DNA from: Gekko japonicus
Lineage: Eukaryota
NCBI RefSeq assembly: GCF_001447785.1
Contig: NW_015164182.1
Coordinates: forward strand, 791,525 to 855,524
Direction of reading: 5' to 3'
DNA: 64,000 nt
Shown: piece after piece, positions 11,850 through 23,292 of the stretch
Layout: every line of letters begins with the position of its first letter
Numbering within the stretch: position 1 is the stretch's first letter
Notes under the pieces: generated by a model
Databases searched by the model: none
What the model was told of the DNA's origin: nothing
The model's input: only the letters and a program-made list of their open reading frames with translations
Position numbers and translations under genes: made by a program

Positions 11850-12138
11850 TTTTTGTAGATTATATAAGCAAAATATTTTGGGATAACATCCCTCCTTCCA
11901 GCTTACCCACCTCTTTTAACCAATTCTGGAAATATAAAATTGTAAAACAGGATTTCATGTACTGATGTAAGTAGTCTCAGAATATGGCCACTCCAGAGTG
12001 TCATTACATACTTAAAGTGGAATCCTGATGGCTAACCACCACAATATTGTAGAAGCTTTGTTGACAGGAAGAACAACATGTTAGTGGGGTGACTGGATTT
12101 GGAAAAGGGGTCTAAGGAGATTTGTTAAATTATCTTTT

Positions 12139-12248
12139 GATTGAAGGTCAAAGAAGACGGGGACGGCAAAGGATGAGATGGTTAGACAGTGTCATAGATG
12201 CAACGAACATGAAATTGAGCAAACTTCAGAGGACGGCAGAAGACAGGA
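12139..12248 (+). mobile_element. RTE/BovB LINE 3' fragment
   Basis: Translates IEGQRRRGRQRMRWLDSVIDATNMKLSKL, the conserved RTE-BovB ORF C-terminus. Confidence 0.8.
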
Positions 12249-12281
12249 TCGACCAGGGCCGGGGGGAGCTCTGCAACTTAC

Positions 12282-12390
12282 CTGGCTGCTTCTTGCTCTG
12301 ACTAAGGGCTGCTGGGAGCAGGGGGCGGGGCTTGTTGCATGTGCCTGCCCCCTGGGCTCCTTACTGCCAGAGCTCCTCTCCTGTGTGTTC
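12282..12390 (-). CDS. Candidate coding exon 2 of the unannotated minus-strand gene
   Basis: Strong acceptor catttcctgtag and consensus donor CAG|gtaagt; 109 nt, phase 2 in and phase 0 out, open frame (G)NTQERSSGSKEPRGQAHATSPAPCSQQPLVRARSSQ. Confidence 0.55.
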
Positions 12391-12599
12391 CTACAGGAAA
12401 TGACCTCTGGATGTAAGTAGTTTCAGAATATGGTCACTCCAGAGGTTCATTACATACTTAGTGTGGAATCCTGATTGCCAACCATCACAGTATTGTAAAA
12501 GCATTGCCGACAGAAAGAACATGTTTATGGGGTGACTGGATTTGGAAAACTGGTCTCAGGAGAATTGTTAAATTATCTTTTGAGTAAGCAGGGATCATT

Positions 12600-12960
12600 T
12601 CCTGCCGGAGCAGGGCGGAGCGCCACTCCGGCACTAAGGAGCCCTCCCTCCCCTCACCCCGCCGCCATTTCTGGCCCACCGGGGGGGGGGGCGCGGCTTA
12701 GAGAAACTTCCGGCAGCGTCCCTTCAGCTCTCCTTGGGGAGAAGTTCACCTTGCCAGGAGTGGGGCAGGTGGAGGGGAGCGCGAAGAGAAGAAGCCTCCA
12801 CCTTGGCTGTGCCCTGCTCAGCTGGCCACGGACAGGAGCCCGCCCTTCCGCCTTCCCACTGCCTGATAGGGCCATTGTACGTGAGTCCCGTGGCTGCCTG
12901 TCCAGCCTGGTTTCGGGGTGAGTGGCGCTGGAGCGGCGAGGCCAGTGGCCGGCGGAATCC
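12600..12960. promoter_or_regulatory. GC/CpG-rich promoter-like region, possibly bidirectional
   Basis: Local CpG enrichment; GC box GGGCGG at ~12613; ETS motif ACTTCCGG (12706-12713); YY1-type GCCGCCATTT (12661-12670); minus-strand donor at 12657 and plus-strand GTGAGT donors at 12881 and 12918. Confidence 0.6.
12658..12668 (-). CDS. Candidate first coding exon of the unannotated minus-strand gene (MAAG)
   Basis: gaaATGG Kozak context; ATG GCG GCG GG|gtgagg; phase 2 matches exon 12390-12282. Confidence 0.5.
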
Positions 12961-14470
12961 TGCTCATGCCCCTAGACCTTCCCCCCACTGCCCTTCGCCC
13001 AGCTGTCTCCCACTCTCCTGGCTAAATCACCCCGGTCTCTTCCCCCTGTCCATGAGCAGCAGGGCGGGAAGGAAACGTGCACTGATGCCACGTTGCCAAA
13101 TTTGTTCCCTTTCCTTTTTTCCCCCTCTGCAAGGCTGCGGGAGGGCAGGCAGAGGCATGGCGGATGCGTGCCCCTGGAGTCCAGGCTTGGACCTCCACTG
13201 CTGAGCGAGGGCAGGGCGGGAAAGAGTGGCAGCCAGGACAGGACTCGGGGAAAGGGCTATACTGTTAGGGCAGCACCCAGCCTGAAAGAGAGACAATGGT
13301 TAACTCTTTCTGTCCTGAGGCTGCGTTGTCTCCTCAGGGGATGCACTTGCTAAGCAACAGATGGTGAGACCCAGTCAAGGACTGCGCTCCTAGCAGCTCA
13401 GCAGCCTAGTATGGAACACCCCACCCCCTTCCCTATTTTAGCCTGATCCCTTTCCCACTCTCCTCCGCAATTGCCTTCCTCCGGAGCCCATGGTAGCCAG
13501 GAAGTTCCGTCTCTGTGCTCTCATGCAGGCATGGGCTGGTCGTGCGAATGCCCTCCTTCCCTCTCCTGTATAGCATAACCCCACGAATCCCCCTGGAGGA
13601 GACATTCCAGTGCTTATGAGTTACCAGTTCTTTCCAGTATTGGCACCACCTTGCACAGTTGCTTAATGTAATTGATTGTATACATTATTATGTCTTTTAT
13701 TGAATCCTTTATTCCAAGATTATTGGCATCCAGTGAGATTTCATGCCATCCATGCTGGATCATTGCCTACAGAAGCAACATCACCACCCCCTATCTTATC
13801 TGTTTGGGGCTCCCCACCTGTCTTCCAGCACCATATGTCTTATGGTGAATGGGTCGCTCATGCCTCTCTTTTGGCTGTGCCTAGAAAGGTGCCAGACGCC
13901 TTTTCTCTTTGTGCCCCCCCCAAATTTCTTTTCTGCCTCTCGTTGCCCACAGAGGATAACACTTTGCCCATCTGGCAAAGGAAGCTCTGGCCAGCAAAAA
14001 TTGCTGCCCCAGTGAAAATTAGGAAACTGAATTTTTATTTTTTGGAATTTGTCCTGATAAAAGCTGTGGTTCCACAGGACTTTCAGATGCTTTTGTAGCA
14101 GACCAATCCGTTACTAGCTGGAGGTTTTCCTAGGGTGATCTGTATTTTCATGGTTGTAGGGTAGCTTCCCTGCAAGAGCAAAGGAAGCCTAAAGTGTCTT
14201 CAGTCAAAAAGTGTAAAGCTGGCTCGCCAGCTCTGAGTTGGGAAATACCTGGAGACTTTTGGGGTGGAGCCTGAGCGGTGGGTGTTGCCTTCTGACACAC
14301 TTCCGGTGATGTCATGGGGTGTGGCATATGCAAATAAGTTATGCTCATGAGTTATGCTAATGAGCTCCTGCATCTCTTTTTCTACAAAATGACCCCTGTG
14401 AGTAAGTATGTATGTTTTGACAGCTGGAGAAATGACAAATCTGTTGTAAGTAATAGGTATGTCATAGAAA

Positions 14471-14815
14471 GGAGTTACAGTGGCTCAAGTGGTTAAGACG
14501 CTGAACTACAAGCTGGAAGGTCGGTAGTTCAGCAGTTTGAGACCCGAGTGCCGCATGACGGAGTGAGCTCCCGTCTCTGGTTCCAGCTCCTGCCAACCTA
14601 GCAGTTTGAAAGCAAGAAATTGCAAGTAGATAAATAGGTACCGCTTTGGTGGAAAGGTAACAGCATTCCGTGCGCCTCGGAGTTTAGTCATGCTGGCCAC
14701 ATGAGCACGGAAGCGTATTTGGACAGCGCTGGCTCTCCGGCTTGGAAACAGAGATGAGCACCGCAACCCTAGAGTCGGATTCAACTGGCTTTCAAGCAAG
14801 GGAAATCTTTACCTT
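14471..14815 (+). mobile_element. Sauria SINE, full length
   Basis: tRNA-like head, GGAGTGAGCTCCCGTC...GCCAACCTAGCAG...GATAAATAGGTACC core, (ACCTTT)n tail, 13-bp TSD TATGTCATAGAAA (14458-14470, 14816-14828). Confidence 0.92.
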
Positions 14816-16340
14816 TATGTCATAGAAATGTATTTTCAGTTTCACAGCTAGAAGAGTAGCTGTCTGAGGAAGCAGGAAGCAAACATGGCACTGAAGCCGG
14901 CTGTGTATAGCTGCTACTCCCTTAACGTGGAACTTTTGTTTTCCTGTGGAACTTTCACTTTTTTGAAGCGTCTCCTTTCCTGAAGCATCTTATACAGCAG
15001 ATTGGTGTACTTTATTTGGAATTTGTCTTTTGTATTAAGTACTGTTGGATCCTAACCCTTTAAGAAATTATAAGAGTGTTTGCATTGGAGAAATACTTGA
15101 ACCATTAAGAATGGTTAAAACTGTCTTGCATAATACATTCTTTCTACTTCTGTTCGTAAGTTATTCATGGAGTGTTTGTGTTTTGATACAACCTCCAGGT
15201 GGGGGCTGGAGACCCACCAGAATTATAACTGATCTCCAGACTACAGAAATCACTCATCGCTTATTTATTTTAAACATTATTCAACTTCTGCTTGAGAAAA
15301 TGGCTGCTCTGGAAAGTGGACTGCACAGCATTGTACCCTACTGAACTTCCTTCTCTTTCTAACCCCCCCCCCACTCCCAGGGTTCACCCTCAAATCGCCA
15401 GGTATTTCCTAAGCTGGAGCTGGCAACTCTGTTTGGAGTCCACCTTCCGAAGCAGCCCTTTTCTCTGGGGAAATTGATCTCTGTAGTCCGGAGCTCAGTT
15501 GTAATTCTGGGACATCTCCAGGCCCCATCTGAAGGTTGTCAGCCCTGGCCCCACCAGATGCTTCTGAGGAAGCTGGGCAGCAGAATATGAAGGGCACAGC
15601 TGCCTGCATCTGCTATACAGAGGTGTACTGCCTTTGCACTTGCAGGTCCCATTTGGCCGGCCTGGCTTGCAGCTGCAGATAGACCTGTCCTCCAGTCATT
15701 GATATAAACCTATTTTAGAGGCTTCTAAGCTTTGTGCCTATTGCCACACCCGTGATAGTGCATTAATTTCCTTCTGAGGCTACCAGTTGAGTTCATTGGG
15801 AGTCCACCAATTTTTGTTTTAGGAGAAAGGGAGAAAAAGACCTTGTCTGCTTGCTTCATACCACTTGGAATCCTATAAACCTCTTTCACCCCCCCCCCCC
15901 TTGTATTTTTTCTGAACTAAAAAACCCAAACCAAACAAAAACTTCAAGCAGGCAAGGAAAGGGCTCAACCTAGAGTTGCCAGCTCTGGGTTGAGAAATAC
16001 TTGGAAATGTTGGGGTTGGAGCTTGAGGAGGGCGGGGTTTGGTGAGGGGGGGGACTTCAGTGGGGGTATCTATGCTGCCTGGAGATCAGTTGTAATAGCG
16101 GGAGATCTCCAGCCACCACCTGGAGGTTGCTAGCCCTAGATCAGCCCCCTTGAACATTTTGGCTGGGATGAATTATAGATATTACATTTCATGCTAGAGG
16201 CCTGCAAGGAATTGCTGGAAGAGGGAACACCTTCAAGATCTCCCCCTTCAGGATTCTGTAAATTTTCAGGGGCTGGAGCTCGCGCTTTGATATTTGTGGA
16301 CTCTCACCTACTCCCAACGTTTTGTGCTCCTGGAGCATAT

Positions 16341-16346
<6 letters not shown>

Positions 16347-16390
<44 letters not shown>
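16347..16390 (+). repeat. (TC)n microsatellite flanked by a ~43-bp direct repeat, next to the gap at 16464-16616
   Basis: CTCTCT run; TTTGATAT.TGTGGACTCTC...CCCAACGTTTTGTGCT occurs at ~16286-16328 and ~16421-16463. Confidence 0.9.
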
Positions 16391-16396
<6 letters not shown>

Positions 16397-18875
16397 TTCC
16401 TTCCTTCCTTCCTTTTCTCCTTTGATATGTGTGGACTCTCTCCCACCCCCAACGTTTTGTGCTNNNNNNNNNNNNNNNNNNNNNNNNNNNNNNNNNNNNN
16501 NNNNNNNNNNNNNNNNNNNNNNNNNNNNNNNNNNNNNNNNNNNNNNNNNNNNNNNNNNNNNNNNNNNNNNNNNNNNNNNNNNNNNNNNNNNNNNNNNNNN
16601 NNNNNNNNNNNNNNNNTTCCTGGTACTAGGGTTGCCAACTCTGGGTTAGAAAATTCCTGGAGATTTGGGGGGGGCATAGGGAGGGCAGGGTTTGGGGAGA
16701 TGAGGGACCTCAAGGGGTATAGTGCCATAGAAGCTGCTGTTCAGAGCAGCCATTTGTCCAAGGGGAATGGATCTCTATAGTCTGGAGATCAGTTGCAAGT
16801 CCGGGAGGTCTCCAGGTCCCACCTGGAGACTGCCAACCCTACGCAGTACTCTGTTTGTGTAGAGACCCTTACCTTTAACCTGTCTGTGGGTGGCCCGGTT
16901 TTGCTGCCTGGTATGGCTGGGGAGCCCTTTGCTGTTAGATCCTATCTGATAGCGATTTCCATCTTGTTCTAACAGTTCTGCAAAACCAAGTCCCAGCTGC
17001 CTGGTTCCCCCTCTCATTTCCAACCGTTGGCAGCATGTCTGTCTGGAGCGGAGGCTTCCCGAGAGATAATATTTCCTCAGGCCTTGCATCCGAGCGGCTT
17101 CATGTGCCTCACGCAGCTAATCCCCTTCTCCCCTCGTCCCGTTGCATTTAGACAAAAGCGAATTAACTGGGAGCGACAGAGACTGCTTGGATCAAGGGCT
17201 TTTCTGGGTCAGAGGACTGGAACAGCGAAGGGAGGCAAAAAAGAAACATTGGCTGTGTGTGTGTGTGTGTGTGAGTGAGAATGTGGGTATGACAGGCAGA
17301 GAAGAGGATGGGGAAAGACTTGGGGGGAGAGAGAGGTTCAAGCACCAGTGAAGGGAAAAGGGATCTGAATCCAAGGCTTAGGGCTTGTTGGTTTAACTGC
17401 GATACAGTTTATTCAGAGGGGACAGGAATACAACAGAAGTCCCCCTGCTGGGTTCAGGAGGGGCCAAACATGTGGAGGAGGCAAGCCAGTCAAGGCCAGG
17501 GTGGGTGGCAGGGATGCAGCTCGGTCAAGTAGGGTTGAGGAATCTGGGTTGGGAAATTTCTGGAGATTTGAGGGTGGAGCCTGTGGAGGGCAGGGATCTC
17601 AGGAGGATATAATGCTATAGAGTTAGGGTTGCCAACTTCCAGGCAAGGCCTGGAATTACAATTGCTTTCCAGAGATCAGTTCCCCCCGAACGTCTGCTTT
17701 AGACAGCAGACTCTAATTTGACTGTGTCTGCCCCTTCTAGGCTTGCTATCGTCTATGCTGGACTTGGAGTTCTCTGAGAATCACAACTGATCTCCTGACA
17801 GGATTGCTAGGTCCCCCCTGGCCACTGGCAGGGGGTGGGGGTGGGGACAGGGTTGCTAGATTCAGGTTGGGAAACTCCTGGAGATCTGGAGGTGGAGCCT
17901 GGGGAGGACAGGGACCTCGGAGGGGTACAATGCCGTAGAGTCCTCCCAAAGCATCTGTTTTTTTTCAGGGGAACTGAACTCTGTAGTCTGGAGATAGGCT
18001 GTAATTCTGGGGGGGGGGGTCGGTCTCCCCAGGTTCCACCGGGAGGCTGGCCTCCCTATCTCCAGACCAGACCACAGAGAGAGTTCCCTTGGAAGAAATG
18101 GCTCCTTCAGAGGGTGAGATTTAAGGCATTATATCCCACTGAAGTCCCTCTCCTCCCCAAACACTGCCCTCCCTCAGGTTCCATCCCCAAATCTCCAGGG
18201 ATTTCCTTATCCGGAGTTCACCACCCTAGTCTACCCTCCAAGGCAATCATTTTCTACAGGAGAACTGATCTCTACAGTCTGTAGATCACTCGTGATTCTG
18301 GGAGATCTCTAGCTGCCACTGCATGGCAAACGAACAGGCCTCTTCTAAGCACCGACGATCTCTCTGGGGCTTTCTGCATTTTTTATAGTTGCTGCTCTGA
18401 AGAAGCAGGAATGGCCAGGGCAGTGCTTGCATGTTGAAAAAAGGAAGGTGCTGGGGCATAAACATAATATCCTGAATGCATGGGGGCTCCTATGTATGGC
18501 TTCTGAGTAGAGTCGCTAGCCCAGACCAGGGAGGGGGCAGGACTTACCCAAGCAGCATCCTGCAGGGCCATACCATCACTTCCAGCTGCATAACTGAAAA
18601 TGACAGCACCAGCATTGTGGAACACTCTAGGATTCACCCAAATTGCTATGGTGAAAACCAGAGTTTCCTGGAAACTCTAGAAAACCATAGAGGTTCCTGG
18701 AGCACCCTGCAACGTGGTGCCTTCACTTTGGTCATGCAGCTGTAATAGTGATAGCGTGGCCTTGTGAGAAGTCATTTTGCCCCTCCCATTTCCCCCCACT
18801 TCCCTATAGAGCAGTGGCAGAGGATGAAGATCAATGGTAGTAGCTGGCAGCACGTCCAGACTACTTCTGAGCCGC

Positions 18876-19166
18876 AAGAAGAAGAGGAGGAGGAGATTGG
18901 ATTTATACCCCGCCCTTCACTACCCAAAGGTGTCTCAGAGCGGCTTACAAACTCCTTTCCCTTCCCCTCCCCACAACAGACACCCTGTGAGGTAGGTGGG
19001 GCTGAGAGAGATCTTGACAGAAACTGCTCTTTTTCAAGAACAGCTCTTATCAGAACTACGGCTTGCCCATGGTCATCCAGCCAGGTGCAAGTGGAGGAGT
19101 GGGGAATCAAACCCGGTTCTCCCAGATTAGAGTCCGCGCACTTAACCACTACACCAAACTGGCTCT
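18876..19166 (-). mobile_element. Ther1/MIR-derived (Squam3-like) SINE
   Basis: Minus strand AGAGCCAGTTTGGTGTAGTGGTTAAG head, B box GGTTTGATTCCC, core CTCAGCCCCACCTACCTCACAGGGTG, (CTT)n tail; other copies at ~25610-25855, 53865-53990 and 63597-63685. Confidence 0.85.
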
Positions 19167-20342
19167 GTACATATCTAGAAGTATTATTTTCATAGTCATT
19201 CTGCCTGCATCAGGTCTGAGCTCTGACAGGGAGAATTTGCTTGCTCAAACTGCAGACCTGGCTCAGATTGCCTTGGGGCTAGCTCACTCACACACACAAA
19301 TGCACACATTGAGGCCAGTTCCACACAGGTTCAATGCTGGTAGCAAGCAGGTTTTTCTCTGGCTCCACCACAGCCTTGTGGTCCATTCCTGAACCTCCAT
19401 GGGTTTTCCCAGCTTTTCCCAGACCCTTCTCAAGCCTCCTGTGCTCTGAAGTTTTGGGAAGGATCATAGTGAAGCCTGGATGGCTGGTGTTCATGTGTGA
19501 AAATTCAGATTTCCCTGCCCCTATAGCAGCCATTTTTCCTGACACTATTCCTGGGCAGCCATGTCCCTCACCACTGAGGGACTTTCTTATTATTGTTTAA
19601 ATCAGCACTAGGTTTTCATTATATTGATATGCCTTTGTAACAAGATGCTTTTCTTTTTAAGTAAGTCTTTAGCTCTTTCCATGGCAGAGATATAAGGGGA
19701 AAGGCATATCTCTGCAGTGGAAGGAACTACAGGCTTACTTTTTAAAAAAATGAAAATTGACAATTTGGAGAGCCTGTTATACATATTGTTATAACACTGT
19801 ATCCATATAGCTACATCGTAGTGCTGATTTTAAAAATAGAAATTGCAAATGCCCTGGCAGCATGGGGCAGGACAAGCCAACCCAATTGAATCCCTACAGT
19901 CCAACTTCAGTGCACTATCCAAGGACATGTGAATGCTGCTCTTCGTTTCAGATTTGCACACCAGAAGGAATTTCAGGAGGTGAACTTTTTCTCACCCCCT
20001 GCTCTGGTGGCCTCACAGCTATCTCTGCCTCACACTGTGATGCATGGAGCTGTCCCTGGCCTCCTCAGGGCAAGTGGAAGGCACTCTATGCAGGCTCAGA
20101 GGCACCTTGCTTGTGATTTCACCTGGGCCAGAGTCATGCACCGTGAAGCTGTTGGATGAAGGATGCTCCTTGGCATCCCTGCTCTGCCCCTCAGACCTCA
20201 AGTGTTCTGACGCCCCTTTCTTCACCTCATCAAAAGGGATTCTCTTTCTCTCTCTAGCTGTCAGTTCCCCCCTCCCCTTTTGAGCGATGAAGGGAGAGGG
20301 GTGGGAGGTGGTGGCCATGGTAGGGGGTGTCTGACGACAGTC

Positions 20343-20390
20343 GTTCCCATGACAACTGTGGTAACCTTTTCCTTGGGTTTCCATGGCAAC
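20343..20390. promoter_or_regulatory. Tandem RFX X-boxes
   Basis: GTTCCCATGACAAC (20343-20356) and GTTTCCATGGCAAC (20377-20390) fit the palindromic X-box consensus GTNRCCATGGYAAC; CRE half-sites TGACG at 20332 and 20460. Confidence 0.7.
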
Positions 20391-20469
20391 CATTCATGGC
20401 TTAGAAAGCTTCCTTGTCCCTAGTCCCCCTCCCCTTCCCACCAAGCAGCATCAATCCATTGACGCAGAA

Positions 20470-20492
20470 ATGGCGGCTGCCTTTGGGAGGAG
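20470..20492 (+). CDS. Candidate exon 1 of a small C2orf50/CIMIP5-like ciliary gene (MAAAFGRR)
   Basis: gaaATGG Kozak context 80 bp downstream of the X-boxes; donor GAG|gtgaac, phase 2. Confidence 0.5.
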
Positions 20493-21409
20493 GTGAACTC
20501 CAGGGGAGGGGGCATTGTCTAGGGGCTGCCCTTGAGTCCACTTGGAGGGGAAATCTTGACGGAGGGCGGTGGCTGGTTAGTGGAAGCAGAAGGCCAAGCC
20601 TTCCTTGGCCTACACTGAGACATTGGCAGTGCAGTTTTAAAAAATGGCCCCATTATATCATTGCTACCTTCACAGAAATGGGAAATATGCAAATGCCACT
20701 GCTCTGTCATTTGATTTTTACAGTGTTGTGCCATAACAACATGTAGCATATTTGAATATGCTAAATAGTATCTATATATCTAATAGCCAAGGGTCCCTCT
20801 GTGTGCAGATACTTATTTCCCACAATCTGGGACACATGGAGCGTAAATAGATCTTTCAGCAAACTTGGGGCACTCGCCATGTTTGCAGAAAAATCTAAAA
20901 TATTTAAAAAAGAATACGGGGATACTTAAATCTTGCTTGCTCTGCACATGCGCAGAGAACGAACTTACAGGTAGCACGTGAAAAGCTGCTGGAGCTGCGA
21001 GGGAAGCTGCTATGGCAATAACTGTCCCCGCCACTGCTAGAAACTCCGGGAAAAGACACTGAGGGAAGCCAATAACCATGTGCCCCGCCACAAGACCCAT
21101 CCCAGCCATTGCCAGGACCACAAAGAGTAGAGCTTCAGCCACCAGATTTGGGCACTCCTGGGGAGGGAACGCGGCCGGGTGGCCAAGGGAGCCAAAGGGG
21201 TGGCAGCGCCTCTCTGGGAGCCAGCTCACCCACCCTCTACTGCTGCTGCCCAAGCTGGCCCTGTGGCCCGACAGCTGAAGCCCAAGGAGGTGAAGCCTAT
21301 GTCCCCCCCCCCCCCCAACCAGATTGCTGCCGGAGATAAGTGCTCTCAAATGAGGATGTTTGCTGGCCTGTGTGGCTGCAAAGGGAGAGCAACAGAAAGA
21401 AGTGGGGTT

Positions 21410-21810
21410 CACTGAGGAGGGAGAGAGAGATAGAGAAAGAACAGGGGATTCTCTGATGGGGGGAAGAGAAAGAAAAACAATGGGAGATTGTCTGAGGGAG
21501 GGGGAGAGAAAGAGGAAGAGGGGGAGATTGTGGGGGAGTAGAGAAATAGTGGAGAGAAAGAGAGGGGCAGACTGAGAGGGGGTGGGGGAAAGAGGATAAG
21601 GGCTGGGGTAAGAGGGGGTGAGACATACATGGGGTGAGAGGAGAAAGGGGCTGAGAAAGAATTGCTAGAGAAGGGGTAGGGAGGAAAGCTGACATAGAAA
21701 GAGTGAGAGGAGGTGAGGGAAGATTGGTAGATAAGGGGTAGGTGCAGAAAGGCAGAGGAGGAAACTTTGACAACCAAGGTGGGAGAGAGAAACAAAGGTG
21801 GGGGAATGCC
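21410..21810 (+). repeat. Purine-rich (GA) low-complexity tract
   Basis: Almost exclusively G/A on the + strand for ~400 bp. Confidence 0.8.
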
Positions 21811-22694
21811 CCCTCCCCACAAGTTCCTTGCGAGGACTGCCGGCAACGAAGACTATGGTAGGGCCACAACACATTATGCAACATTTTGTTGCGGGTCCCC
21901 TCTTGTAATATTCTATGTTGCTGCTTATTAAAACTGGTCATAATCTGGCCAAGCTTTGGGGTATCGTTGATATCAATGATGGAGACTGAGGGTTACGTTT
22001 AAAGCTCCCCCAATTCTGTCATTATTCTTAGGGTTGCCAACACTGGGTGTGGAAACTCCTGGAGATTTGGGCTCAGTCAGTAGCTGGGGAGGGCATAGTT
22101 TGGGGAAGAGAGGGAGCTCAGCAAAGTGATGTTACTCTAGGATTTCTCTTTCTCCTAGTCTCAATGGTAGTCTACCCTCCAAAGCTGCCATTTCCTCCAA
22201 GGAGAATAGATGTTGGTAGAATGGAGATCAGTTGCAAATCCTGGAGGGTGGCAACCCTCTTCTCATCAGCTGCAACAGCTGTAAGGGGAGGTGTTGGGAG
22301 GGGTGTATGGGAAGGGTCGAGGGAGCTGAAGCTAAAAAATGAGGGGAAACCTGAGAGTCAAGGGGTGCAAACAGGGTGGGACGGCCAAGAGGGAAATGGG
22401 AGGGAAAAGCAGAGTGACTTTACTGTCACCACCCTGCCTATGAAAGCCCGTTTTCACCTGCCCACCCTGTCTGGTGGGACTATTTCCCTTCCTTAGTTGC
22501 TGCCACCACTCACTGGATTCAAACCACCTTCCTAGAGGGACAGTGAGACCCCTCTGGCTGATTCCCCAACCCAGGAAAGTGGGTACCTCAATCTTTGGGC
22601 ACCCCTTGGAGAGTTGGCAACCCCTCTTATTTGGGCCCATTTGAGTTCCCTGGCCTCCCTTTGCCTCTGGTAACGTGCTGAGCAGGGAGGACTA

Positions 22695-23292
22695 TGTGGT
22701 CAAGGCACTACCAGGTCTTATAACTCAAAAAGAAGGTTTATTTAAACTATATTCAAGGTTAGGCACAGAAAATAATAGAGGCACTTCAACACAACCGGGC
22801 AGGAAATAAACAGGTTCAAAATGCAATTCCTCTGTCCCTGCACACACCCTCTCTACTTCTGGAGGTTGTGGCCTCAGGATAGGATTTGCTTTCTCCCTCC
22901 TTGTTGTTGGAGAGAAACTCCAGCCCTCCTCAGGACTGGTCACCAGTACTGCCACCCTCCTGGCTCTCCACCACAATTTATAGTGGCATGGATTGCCCAC
23001 GGAGTCTGAGGTAACAGGAATCCCACCTGTACGCCGCCCCTTGAAGCTCTCATCCAAGGCTAAGGTGAAGGCCAACTGCCTAATAAGGCAGAAGCCTTTA
23101 TATGGCTGGCTCCGCCCCTGGGGTGGGTCCATACTTTCCCGCACTTTCCCCCCAAAGCTGCTGGGAAATGTAAGCAGGAAGGTATGGCAGCTCCATTGTT
23201 CCCTATGGCACACCTCCCCCCTCCAGAGGACTACTAGACTGGCAGCCATTTTAAAATAAATTGCTGCCTCTGCCTGGCAGCCATTTCATTAC
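22695..23292 (-). mobile_element. Possible solo LTR
   Basis: TGT...ACA ends, minus-strand TATAAA (~23097-23102) upstream of AATAAA (~22737-22742); no TSD found. Confidence 0.35.

Larger units (their letters stand above)
11964..12583 (+). repeat. Local ~175-bp direct repeat pair (11964-12140 and 12410-12583)
   Basis: Both copies start GATGTAAGTAGT.TCAGAATATGG and end TTGTTAAATTATCTTTTGA; roughly 80% identical by eye. Confidence 0.85.

Noticed and set aside
16189-16780. Long ORFs spanning the N gap (also 36203-36964)
   Set aside because: Artefacts of N runs and microsatellites.
16873-17272. Open frames on both strands with plausible splice sites
   Set aside because: No recognisable product and no phase-consistent link to the other candidate exons was established.
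21297-21941. 214-aa and 145-aa Pro/Ser/Leu-rich minus ORFs
   Set aside because: Produced by low-complexity pyrimidine sequence that lacks stop codons.
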